Assembly: GCF_009914755.1 (NCBI RefSeq)
Contig: NC_060947.1
DNA: 64,000 nucleotides
Origin: the human T2T-CHM13v2.0 reference genome, Homo sapiens
Reading direction: 5' to 3' (one strand)
Under the pieces are notes generated by a model. The model was not told the origin of the DNA. It saw only the letters and a list, made by a program, of their open reading frames with translations, and made no database searches. The first letter of the stretch is position 1, and each line of letters opens with the position of its first letter. The position numbers were made by a program, and so were the translations under genes. Shown piece after piece: positions 28,228 through 41,000 of this stretch.

Positions 28228-28592
28228 TGTATTAGTCTGTTTTCACACTGCTGATAAAGACATACCTGAGACTGGACAATTTACAAAAGAAAGCGGCTTA
28301 TTGGACTTACAGTTCCACATGGCTGGGGAGGCCTCAAAATCATGGTGGAAGGCAAGGAGGAGCAAGTCACATCTTATGTGGATGGCAGCAGGCAAAAAGG
28401 GAGCTTGTGCGGGGCAACTCCCGTTTTAAAAACCATTAGATCTCATGAGACCCATTCACTATCATGACAGCAGCCCAGAAAAGACCTGCCCCTATAATTC
28501 AATAATCTCCCCCCAGGTCCTTCCCACAACACGTGGGAATTATGAGAGCTATATGATGAGATTTGGGTAGAACACAGAGCCAAACCATATCA
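28228..28592 (-). mobile_element. THE1A LTR, complete and flanked by agcac on both sides
   Basis: tgtattagtc...aaaccatatca; agcac at 28223-28227 and 28593-28597. Confidence 0.92.
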
Positions 28593-28612
28593 AGCACTAA
28601 CATAAACTAGCA

Positions 28613-30658
28613 GGAAAGACCCATCCCCATAATTCAATCATCTCCCACTGGTCCCCTCCTATAACACACGGAAATTATGGGAGCTACAATATGAGATTTG
28701 GGTGGGGACACAGAGCCAAACCATACCATTCTGTACCTGGCCTCTCCCAAATCTCGTATTTTCACATTTCAAAACCAATCATGCCTTCCCAACAGTCCCC
28801 TAAAGTCTCAACGCATTTCGACATTAACTCAAAAGTCCACAGTCCAAAGTCTCATCTAAGATGAGGCAAGTCCCTTCCTCCTATGAGCCTGTAAAATCAA
28901 AATCCAGTTAGTTAATTTGTAGATACAATGGGGATACAGGCATTGGGTAAATACAGCTATTCCAAATGGGAGAAACTGGCCAAAACAAAGGGGCTACAGG
29001 CCCCATGCAAGTTTGAAATCCAGCAAAGCAGTCAAATCTTAATGCTCCAAAATGATCTCCTTTGACTCCATGTCTCATGTCCAAGTCACACTGATATAAG
29101 AGGTGGGCTTCCATAGTCTTGGGCAGCTCCGCCTCTGTGGCTCTACAGGGTATAGCCCCCCTCATGGCTGCTTTCATGGGCTTGTGTTGCATGTCTGTGG
29201 CTTTTCCAGGTGCATGATACAAGCTGTCAGTGGATCTACAATTCTGGGGTATGGAGGACAGTGGCCCTTTCCTTACAGCTCCACTTGGTGGTGCCCCAGC
29301 AGGGACTCTGGGTTGGGGCTTTGTCCCACATTTCCCTTCCACACTGCCCTAGCAGAGGTTCTCCATGAGGGCCTCTCCCCTATAGCAAGCTTCTACCTGG
29401 ATATCCAGGCATTTCCATACATCTTCTGAAATCTAGGTGGAGGTTCCCAAACCTCAATTCTTGACTTCTCTGCACTTGCAGGGTCAATACCATGTGTAAG
29501 CTGCCAAGACTTGGGGATTGCACCTTCTGAATCCACAGCCCGAGTTGTACCTTGGCCCCTTTTAGTCATGGCTGCAGTGGCTGGGATGCAGGGCACCAAG
29601 TTCCTAGGCTGCACACAGCAGGGGGGTCCTGGACCTGGCCCAGGAAACCATATTTTCCTCCTAGACCTCCCAGCCTGTGATGGGAGGGGCTGCTGTGAAG
29701 ACCTCTGACATGCCCTGGAGACATTTTCTCCATTGTCTTGGGGATTAACATTTGTCTCCTCATTACTTATGCAAATTTCTGCAGCCAGCTTGAATTTCTC
29801 CTCAGAAAATGGGATTTTCTTTTCTATTGCATTGTCAGGCTGCAAATTTTCTGAACTTTCATGCTCTGTTTCCTTTTAAAAACTGAATGCCTTTAACAGC
29901 ACCAAGTCACTCTTGCTGCTTAGAAATTTCATCCACCAGATACCCTAAGTCATCTCTCTCAAGTTCAAAGTTCCACAGATCTCTAGGGCAGGGGCAAAAT
30001 GCTGCCAGTCTCTTTGCTAAAACATAACGAGAGTCATCTTAGATCCAGTTCCCACCAAATTCCTCATCTCCATCTGAGACCACCTCAGCCTGGATTTCAT
30101 TGTCCATATCATTATTAGCATTTTGGGGAAAGCCAGTCAACAAGTCTCTAGGGAGTTCCAAACTTTCCCACATTTTCCTTTCTTCTTTGGATCCCTCCAA
30201 ACTGTTCCAACCTCTGCCTGTTACTCAGTTCCAAAGTCGCTTCCACATTTTTAGGTATTTTTTTCAGTAGCGCCTCATTCTACTGGTACCAATTTACTGT
30301 ATTAGTCCATTTTCATGCTGCTGATAAAGTCATACCCAAGACTGGGCAATTTACAAAACAAAGTGGTTTATTGGACTTACAGTTCCACATGGCTGAGAAG
30401 GCCTTATAATCATAGCAGAAGGCAAGGAGGAGCAAGTCACATCTTACATGGATGGCAGTAGGCAAAAAGAGAGCTTGTGCAGGGCAACTCCCCTTTTTAA
30501 AACCATCAGATCTCATGAGACCCATGCACTATCATGAGAACAGCACAGGAAAGACCTGCCCCCATAATTCAGTCATCTCCCACCAGGTTCCTCCCACAAC
30601 ACATGGGAATTATGGGAGCTATGAGATTTGGGTGGGGACACAGAGTCAAACCATATTA
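28613..30658 (-). mobile_element. THE1A element: partial LTR (28613-28728), THE1-int (28729-30297) and complete LTR (30298-30658)
   Basis: MaLR internal sequence from 'ttctgtacctggcctctcccaaatctc' to 'ctactggtaccaatttac'; final LTR followed by the TSD agcac at 30659-30663. Confidence 0.92.
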
Positions 30659-32228
30659 AGCACTAACAAATAAACTAGCAATTCAAAGGTAGCACAAATG
30701 TAGCTCAAATTAGGCTAAGGCTTTCATTTGGAATGTATGTGGTTGTACTTTGTCATATCTTACCATATTCTCCTACTTTTTCTAACATTTGATGACATTT
30801 GTATGGCGCTTTATACTTTACAAAATGGTTCCACCTGACTGTTTTTGGGTACGAAGTCACTCAGAGAAAGTCAGAGGCTACAAAAGCTACTCCATAAACT
30901 ATTTCCAAATACACTCTCATTTTCTCCAAGAGCCGTGAGGAGTACTACTTCTCCAATAACTTTTTATTGAGAACATATCTGAAAAAAGTAAAGTTAATGG
31001 AAAAGAGGAACATCAAAGACTATTAATTTTTTTAGCTGCTCCAAATTAAATCCAAGTTAACTTGGATGAGTAAAGACAAGTTTATTTTTCTCTATTATTC
31101 AGCAAAGAAGAGAAATTTGTAAGCAAAAATATGGGAGTAGCATTTAATTTTGGCTGAAAGAGTTTTATAATTTTACCATTTAGCCATGTATTATTTATAT
31201 AATACTGATTTATAGAATACTTATTTATATGTATAATATTGACAGCCAAAGACCAAAAGTAGGTAATGTCCACAATAGAAATAAAAAAAATAGTAAATGA
31301 ATGGGTTAGCATTTTACTTAGGCTTCTACTGTGAAGAATACTAATTTGTTAATGTGCAAGGTGACACGTTAAAGTGCTAAATTAGCCTGAGCCCTTGTTG
31401 TAAAATTTAGGCAAGCAGAAAAGTTCAAATACCTTATCACATATTAATTGCCAATAATTACTTGCATCAAGGTAACTTGTGTTATTTAAAATAAATTAAC
31501 AGATACAGAAAGAATCCTAGTTAATAAATTTACCAATTATCTGCCTTGGTATAAATATGAATTTATGTTCTGTTTTTAGTCCTATTCACATATGACTATG
31601 CATTCTATTTATAACGATTTCTGAAAAAGCAGCGGTTGGCTACATGACCTGTCCTATTTTTTGTGACCATCATTTCTTTATCTCTTCTCTCAATGCTTTC
31701 TCATAGAATGAAAGCATCAAAGCAAATGATAACAGTCTACATATATACAAAATATATCACTAGGAAATAATTTCTTTTGAAAAAAGTTACCCCATGAGGT
31801 GCCCAAACAATGCCATACATAAAAGATAAACAATTCAAGCCAGCCACTGTATAATGAGATTTAATTGTCTCCCATTCTTTTAATATGCATGGACAAAAAA
31901 CGCTTCTTTTCCATTACCTCATCTTAAGTAGTTTTTTAAATCAAACACATACTCACGCTCATGCTGTCACTGATAATGGATCTCATGTCAAAGAAAAAGA
32001 GCAGAAAGGACCTGATAATAAGTGCAATTATCAAACATCAAAAATGTAGATCAAAGTGGATTTCCTGACTCTTCTACATGCAGTCACTTCACAGAATTTC
32101 ACTATTCATATTATGTGACCCTGACAGGATATATTAATTTTCTCCATTATGGGAGCAATGGGATAGGCATACTTCAGTAGGAAGCTGGCAATAAGTAGAG
32201 TTATTATTTCACTGTCTTATTTAATGGC

Positions 32229-32270
32229 TTGTGTGTGCATAATTGCGTGTGTGTGTGTGTGCATGTGTGT
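32229..32270. repeat. Imperfect (TG)n microsatellite
   Basis: ttgtgtgtgcataattgcgtgtgtgtgtgtgtgcatgtgtgt. Confidence 0.8.
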
Positions 32271-33924
32271 AAAATATGCTCCCCAGACACACCACACTGT
32301 GTCTCCAGAGTTGACAGAAAGCCTTCAGGGAGATGTTAACCTTCCTATGAAGGATGGATCCAGGGAAGGATTTTATTTCTTTCAGATAGTACAATATTTC
32401 CTCTCTCTGGGAAACACCCGACCTATCTTTGGGAGGACTGAATTATCTCAGAGGGAAATTGGGAGTACTTCTAGAAGTTTGCCATTCTGAATCATTTCAA
32501 TAACTCAAGTAATCAAATTTCCACTTCTACCCCCAATCCCATACTCCTTCCTTTCCCCAGAACTTTCCTTGATACATTTTTTATTTGAAAAATAAATTCA
32601 TTTTCTTTTCCTACCAAATGCTGAATAAAAATCATGTGCTAGGTGTTCTGTAGTGAAATTTCCAGAGTCTATACAGCCTACACAGATTTCCAGTAGGCAT
32701 AGGTCGTTTTGTTTTTAGATTGTGCCTATCAGTTGGTCAGTGCCTTAAACATGCCAATGTCACAGGAATGACCATTTCTGAACTCACATTCATCCGAAGT
32801 ATTCTTGAAGATTATAAGAAGAGAGAGAATTTTCTAGTTCTTTTCACAAACATCTACCTATAATTCCAAGGGACAGACTTTGACAGTAATAAACTCTTTA
32901 GAGTTGTGTTATGCCATTTCTCACCCAGAAAAAAAGCTAACATTGTTACATATCTTTTATGAAAATTCGAAGCATATTTGTTAGAAGGGAAATAGACCAT
33001 TTGCAAAAGGCAAAGGGCAAGCCCATAAGGCACAATGACAGATGAAACCTAGCCATGAGAAAAAAAGTATCCCTAGGATGAAAAAAAACATTTTAATAAA
33101 GCAAAACACTTTCAAATTAGTAAATTAAAAATCAGTTGATTACAGCAAAGTTTCAAGGAGTTTTAAGTATTTCGAAGTTAAAAAATAACTAGACAATATC
33201 ATTATTTTTAACTTAATAATTTTGCTTTGTTTTACACATTTCAGTCAATTAAACTTCTCTGTATACTTGGGCAGTTCTTGAATGTTAGTTTGAAAATAGA
33301 CTAATTTCTAAACATGGGCCCTAACATATGGCTAAGTTAAATTAAAACCCTATCATTAAAGAAACAAATATTACAATATATAGATTAGTCAATTAACATA
33401 CTTTTTTTCTATGGAGTAAAATGACTCTGAACCTGGAACAGCAGCTGGAGTTGTTCACCACAATAGTATTAGATGCAAGTTTCTGGAATTAAATGTGCCA
33501 GGCAGGAAAATAATTTTATAGTCTTTTCCTCATGGGAGGAAGTCTGGATAAAGAGTGTGAGATGTCAGACCTCATCAATAAATTATGATCAATATAATAG
33601 GGTTGAAGAATTGGGTAGTGGTTTCTATGATGATCAGTAAATACTACTCTGGTAATTATTTTTAAGGGGCAAAGGGCTAAGAAATATGAGAAAATAAAAA
33701 TGAAATAAAATAGAACAAAATCACAGAATATGTAGACTGGAAGCAGGTATCTTAATATTATACAACCATCATCATAATTATTCTCCAGGCCATAAAACAT
33801 GTAGAACTTACAGGACAAAAAATAATGAAAACTAAGATTTCTCTGGTAGTCTTGGTAAAAGACCTGCTTATTAGAAAGACAAAAAAGACATTTACAATCA
33901 CATGTTATATTATACTGAAACTGA

Positions 33925-34170
33925 AATATATAGTGTAATGGTTAAGACCATGGGTTCTGGAAACTGACTGCCAAGATTCAAATCTTAGCACACCACCAAA
34001 TGCCTTGGTGAATTTAGAAATTACGGAACTTCTCTGTGTCTTCTTCTTCATCTGCAAAAGTGGCCAAACGCATATTTCATAGCTTTCTGCAGAGAACTAC
34101 ATGAGTTAGTTATGTAATGTACTTAGATCAGTGCTTGGCATACAGTAAGTGCTTACTAAATTTTTCATTT
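33925..34170 (+). mobile_element. MIR SINE
   Basis: 'tatagtgtaatggttaagaccatgggttctgga...ttcaaatcttagc...gtgcttggcatacagtaagtgct'. Confidence 0.8.
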
Positions 34171-34589
34171 TTATTAATAAAAAGGAACTCAAAAATTTAC
34201 AGAAAAATATCTAGTAGCAGACCCGGCTCTCTCCAAAGTTGTGAAATGACTCAGTTTCTTTTACAGCACTATTTCCATCTCTTTTTAAAAACCTCTTTCC
34301 CTTTCTATCTTCCTCCTCTTCTCCCAAGTGGCCCCTTGCCCTCTGGACTGTGAAATCCCACCCAAATCTGCCTTCTTAATAGAACTGCATAATCCAGACC
34401 TTTTAAATAAAAACCTTCTGTATCCCAACGGAACTCATTCACCCTCTGGCACATTGTCTCGGGTCAGTCTCAGGAAACAATGTCTAATATGTGGAACCAC
34501 CATTGAGATAGTGCTGATATTTTGAGTAGAGCCATCAATGCCTGAATCCAAAGGAATAAGCATTCGGGAACTAAAAAGAACTGTAATGA

Positions 34590-35722
34590 CTCTAAATGTC
34601 GCTGTTTGCTGACTCCTCCCAGTCAGTAGCAGGCTAACTATGTGCTCCTCAAGCCTAGGTTTGTGTATCCAGCCAAAATTCAATAACAGTTTGGATATCT
34701 CATAGACAAGTATTTAACATACCTAAAACATAATTCTTGATTCCCCTATTTTCACTATGCCCTTTTGCTCATCTAGCCTAAGTGACACCACAAGGTACTC
34801 AGTTGCTCAAACAAGATAATAGAATCATACCGATTTCTCCTTGTGCCTTAACTTCCACATGCAATACGTCACCACATTCTATTGGTTTCCTTCAGAAATA
34901 TATCTTCTCTCTATCCACCTCTCTCTGTTTCCACCGTCATCTCTCATCTGAATAAGTACAATAGTCAGCTTCCTGGTTTCCCCACTTCCAATCCCCCCGC
35001 CAACCTATTTACTGTACAATAGTCAGCCCTAGAATAAACTTTAAAAAAACAAAACTGAACATCCCACCCCTTGCTTAAACTCCTTCAGTGGCTTCCTATT
35101 GTACTTAGGAAAGCATTTAAGCTCATTGTAATGGCCTCCAAGACCTTCTGTGACCTGGTTGCTGTTTAGCTTAGAGTTTCCTCTGTTGAGCTATTCTCCC
35201 CTTAGTCTATCACATTTTTGACACACGGGTCTGGTTGCATTTCTTAGATGGGGTCATCTTCTTCCACCACAGGCCCTTTGCATATGCCGGAAAGGGTCTT
35301 CCTGCCCTCACCATCCATTGAATGATTGATTTTCTCTTCTCATACTTCAGGTCCCACCTCAATTGTCACCTCCTAAGGAAGGATTTTTTTCAGCTTTCCC
35401 TACTGTTAACGTAGTTTCCACAATCACCTCCCTTATTCTCTGAAATGAATGGTATTACCATATCTACATATTTCTGTTTTGACTTTTTGCTTCTTTCTCC
35501 CACTGGGATATAGGGCAGCATTGTTCAATGTTACATCTCTAGCATCTGGCACAGTGCCTAGCATGTTGTTAAGTGCTCAAATATATACTGAATACATAAA
35601 TAAGTAGTAGTTTCAATACTTGAAGCCTAGTAGTTTCAATACTTCAAGCCTAGCATGTTGTAGGTGCTCAAATATATTCTGAATACATAAATAAGAAGTA
35701 GTTTCAATACTTGTTGAATGCA
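34590..35722 (+). mobile_element. L2 3' portion with a duplicated terminus
   Basis: L2 motifs 'ttgcttaaactccttcagtggcttcctattgtacttagga', 'ggccctttgcatatgc', 'ctggcacagtgcctagcat...gtgctcaaatatat..tgaat'. Confidence 0.75.
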
Positions 35723-38066
35723 TGACTGGGAGGGGATGTCCTTTATCTCCTCAAATGAAAAGATGTAGATAGCTTATAATTCCTGCATAATTGCTGCAAT
35801 GTATAAGACTAACCCATTATCTAAAAATAGTTACCTCAATACAATGTCCATGTGGCATTTTGATCATACAAAAGCTAACTATCTTGCAAAGAGAGCTAAT
35901 ATTTTAGTGGTAAATATGATGGTAAGTGTAATATAGCCTGTTTTTCTTTGTCATACTATGTTCCAGTTAGTGCCTACTATACTTGTGAAGTGTCTTTGCT
36001 TTCTATTGAAGTAGTAAGTTCAGTCACCTCTTTTAATTCAGAAAAAAACCACCCTAAGAGATGAAATGTCACTTTAACCTAAGGTGGCAGTTTCTTTTTT
36101 TTTTTAAATTTAGGCGGTGGTTTCTGAGTATTCAGTATGTAATGTGATAATAACATTTTTGACAGGCCAAAATGTGGAACAAAAGTGGGTTTAAAATGAA
36201 AGGCATGAGACAGCTCTGGACTCCAGCTTATTTTGAGGATCTGCTTCTGAAAATGGCCTGAAAAAGCAACAGAATTGCTTTTCAGAATTGTAACTTGATT
36301 ATAGGCACTTTCCTTTTAAAGATTAGTAAGGGTTACTTGGTTCTATTTTACTTGGTTCTATTTTATTCTAATAATACTCTAATGATGTCAATTAAAAATC
36401 ACTCTCATCTACTCTCAAGGGCTGAGATAGTCTCTCAATCAAACTGACTTTATTAGCTTTCATTTTGATCCATGCCATCACATTCAAAGAGGATTTTCTT
36501 TTTACAAGAAATAATATTAAGAAAATTCAAAAAAAGAGCCAGCAAAATACTTTCATTTCCAGATTTACTCTTTAAATCTAACGAAAATATGACAATCTTA
36601 TTTGTGTTACCTTTGCAGTACCATAATTGTTCTCTGTGAGAAGGAAGTTATTTCTTATGAGGAATTCATATCCCTAACTCCTTTAAGTGATTTGGTATCA
36701 GATTAAATATTAATTTGAAGTACATCTGTGCTTATTCAGTTCAGCAGGTCCTGCTTAGAACACATTTTCATTTTGCAGCCATGGCCATATGCACTACATT
36801 GCTTTTCCACCAGGGATCACTATTTTGGAACAGATAACAGACCCTTATGACCTTTGCATTATATTTTATGTACTTCTCTATCCAAGTCAATTTATAAAAT
36901 CGGGACTTCTCGACTTAAAAACACAGGAAAATCTTGCTGTTTTCTTCTTTCTAAATCAAGTACCTTGAGTACGACTATCTTGGGACTGGCATCAAACATC
37001 AGATTTTAAAAATATTGTTCTCTGCTGGGAAGAGCTCATTATTATACTAAATATAGAAGATATGGTATATCAGGCAGAATAATAATTTTATATAAAATAT
37101 CAACCTATCTTTTCTGGAATGCCAGATACAGTCTTAGTTACTTAAGCCTCAACTATAAGATTTACACTTAAGGAATTTGACATTTATTGTTATAATTGGC
37201 CTCTTTATGAAAAAAAGAGACATTTTCCTAGATTGTGAATGATAATTATATATAACTGAATTTTACCTTGGTGTTTAAAGCAACCATTTGATTACAATGA
37301 GTATTTCTAGATTTCTACTAGCTTCTCTTTCATGAGAATGTCATGGTTAGGAATAAGGAACATCAGTCTAATTTGAATCAATTTATCTAGGAGTTGAAAG
37401 AGATATAGTCATTTCTCTTTCCCTAGCCACTTCACCATGAGCTCACTTCCACGCTTCTTCCAACTCTGAAATGGATTAGATTTGTATTTGTTCCGTGTCC
37501 AAAAGTAGACTTTAAACTCCTGGCATTTTTGGGTTGTAGCTTACTCAATTTTGTAGCCCATGAAGTGCCCTGTATATAGTAATGAGTCAAATGTCTGTTG
37601 AACTGAAGTTCGTGCTGATGTGACTGAACTGGATGGGTCTGGCTTTCTCTCTTCAATCAGGCAAGTAGATAAACAAGGGCAACCTGCAGTTGATTATTCT
37701 TTGAGGGGTTTTCCATAGCACATAGTTCCTTGGGGCTGCCCAAGATGGATTTTAGGATACCTTCTTCCACTGGCTTTTTAGTCACTAGGTATTCCTAGAG
37801 ACTTGTCCATCCAGATATAAAATTACTATGATGAGGCTGAAGGATTAAAATACTGGAATTCAAGAACTTCCTTTCAAAGGCCCCTATTAACTTGGTTGCA
37901 TTTTTCAGAGACAGTGGCATGACTTATTTTTCCCTGGAAACATAATTAAAGTGTTAACATTATAACAGAGTTAGCTAGGTAATAAGAGTCTTTGATGAAG
38001 GATGGGCTTATTAGTTGTTCTTAATAAAGGGATTTGGTTACTTGATAAAGTTAGCCGTAAAGGTTT

Positions 38067-41000
38067 TTTTTTTTTTTAATTTTACTTTAACTTCTGGGAT
38101 ACAAATACAGAATGTGCAGGTTTGTTACATAGGTATATGTGTGCCTTGGTGGTTTTCTGCACCTATCAACCTGTCACTTAGGTTTTAAGCCAAGCATGCA
38201 TTAGATATTGTCCTAATGCTCTCCCTCCCTTTGTCCCCACCCTCCAACTGGCCCAGGTGTGTGTTGTTTCCCTCCCTGTGTCCATGTGGTCTCATTGTTC
38301 AACCCCCACTTATGAGTGAGAACATGCAGTGTTTGGTTTTCTGTTCCTGTGTTAGTTTGCTGAGGATGATGGCTTCCAGTTTCATCCATGTCCCTGCAAA
38401 GGACATGATCTCATTCCTTTTTACAGCTGCATAGTATTCCATATATGTGCCACATTTTCTTTATCCAGTCTATCATCAATGGGCATTTGGCTTGGTTCCA
38501 AGTCTTTGCTATTGTGAACAGTGCTGCAAGAAACATACATGTGCATGTGTCTTTATAGTAGAATGATTTATAATCCTTGTAGTATATAACCCATAATGGG
38601 ATTGCTGGGTCAAATGGTATTTCTGGTACTAGATCCTTGAGGAATTGCCACCCTGTATTCCACAATGGTTGAACTAATTAACACTCCCACCAACAGTGTA
38701 CAAGCATTCCTATTTCTCCATATCCTCTCCAGCATCTGTTGTTTCCTGACTTTTTAATGATCGCCATTCTACTGGTGTGAGATGGTATCTCTTTGTGGTT
38801 TTGATTTGCATTTCTCTAATGACCAGTGATGATGAGCTTTTTTTCATATGTTTGTTGGCTGCATAAATGTCTTCTTTTGAGAAGTGTCTGTTCATATCCT
38901 TCACCCTCTTTTTGATGGGGTTGTTTTTTTTCTTATAAATTTCTTTATGTTCCTTGTAGATTCTGGATATTAACCCTTTGTCAGATGGGTAGATTGCAAA
39001 AATATTCTCCTATTCTGTAGGTTGCCTGTTCACTCTAATGATAGTTTCTTTTGCTGTGCAGAAGTTCTTCAGTTTAATTAGATCCCATTTGTCAATTTGG
39101 GTTTTTGTTGCAATTGCTTTTGGTGTTTTAGTCATGAAGTCTTTGCCCATGCCTGTATCCTGAATGGTATTGCCTAGGTTTTCTTCTAGAGTTTTTATGG
39201 TTTTAGATTTTACATTTAAGTCTTTAATCCACTTTGAATTAATTTTTGTATAAGGTATAAGGAAGGGGTCCAGTTTCAGTTTTCTGTGTATGGCTAGCTA
39301 GTTTTCCCAACACCATTTATTAAATAGGGAATCCTTACCCCATTGCTTTTTCTTTTTCAGGTTTGTCAAAGATCAGATTGTTGCATATATGTGGTCTTAT
39401 TTCTCAGGTCTCTGTTCTCTTTCACTGGTCTATATATCTGTTTTGGTACCAGTACCATGCTGTTTTGGTTACTGTAGCTTTGTAGTATAGTTTAAAGTCA
39501 GGTAGCATGATGCCCCCAGCTTTATTCTTTTTGCTTAGGATTGTCTTGGCTATATGGGCTCTTTTTTTGTTCCATATGAAATTTAAAGTAGTTTTTTTTT
39601 CTAATTCTGTGAAGAATGTCAATGGTAGTTTAATGGGAATAGCACTGAATCTCTAAATTACTTTGGGCAGTATGGCCATTTTCATGATATTGATTCTTTC
39701 TATCCATGAGCATGGAATATTTTTCCACTTGTTTGTGTCCTCTCTTATTTCCTTGAGTAGTGGTCTGTGGTTCTCCTTGAAGAGGTCCTTCACATTCCTA
39801 GCTAGCTGTATTCCTAGGTATTTTATTCTCTTTGTAGCAATTGTGAATGGGAGTTTATTCATGATTTGACTCTCTGCTTGTTTTGGGGCTGAGACAATGG
39901 GGTTTTCTAAATATAGGATCACACTGTCTGCAAACAGAGACAATTTAACTTCCTCTCTTCCTATTTAAATATCCTTTATTTCTTTCTTTTGCCTGATTAC
40001 CCTGCCAGAACTTACAATACTATGTTGAATAGGAGTGGTGAGAGAGGGCATTCTTGTCTTGTGTCAGTTTTCAAAGGGAATGCTTCCAGCTTTTCCCATT
40101 CAGTATGATATTGGCTGTGGGTTTGTCATAAGTAGCTCTTATAATTTTGAGATATGTTCCATTGATATCTAGTTTATTGTGAGTTTTTAACGTGAAGGGA
40201 TGTTGAATTTTACCAAAGGCTTTTTCTGCATCTATTGAGATGATTGTGTGGTTTTTGTCATTGCTTCTGTTTATGTGATGAATTACATTTGTTGATTTAC
40301 ATGTGTTGAACCAGCCTTGCATCCCAGGGATGAAACCAATTTTATCATGCTAGATAAGCATTTTGATGTCCTGCTGGATTCAGTTTGCTGGTATTTTATT
40401 GAAATTTTTTGCATCCATGTTCATCAGTGATATTGGTCTGAAGTTTTCTTTTTTTGTTGTGTCTTTACCAGGTTTTGGTATCAGGATGATGCTGGCCTCA
40501 TAAAATGAGTTAGGGTGGAGTCCCTCCTTTTCAATTACTTGAAATAGTTTCAGAAGGAATGGTACTAGCTCCTCTTTGTATCTCTGGTTCAATTTGGCTG
40601 TAAATCTGTCTGGTCCTGGGCTTTTTGTGGTTGGTAGGCTACTAATTACTGCTTCAATTTCAGAACTTTTTATTAGTCTATTCAGGGATTCAACTTCTTC
40701 CTGGTTTAGTCTTGGGATGGTGTATGTGTTCAGGAATTTATTCATTTCTTATAAATTTTCTAGCTTATTTGCATGGAGCTGTTTATAGTATTATGATAGT
40801 TTTCATTTCTGTGGGGTCTGTGGTGATATCCCCTTTATCATTTTTTATTGTGTCTATTTGATTCTTCTCTCTTTTCTTCTTTATTAGTCTAGTTAGTGGT
40901 CCATCTATTTTGTTAATTTTTTCAAAAAAACAGCTCCTGGATTTATTAATTTTCTTTGAAGGATTTTTCATGCCTCTATCTTCTTCAGTTCTGCTCTGAT

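Noticed and set aside
28908-29845. Several 100-150 aa ORFs
   Set aside because: All lie in the THE1 internal region and are broken MaLR sequence, not a host gene
31957-32011. Possible 55 nt minus-strand exon (gtgagtat donor)
   Set aside because: Weak polypyrimidine tract at the acceptor and no independent support
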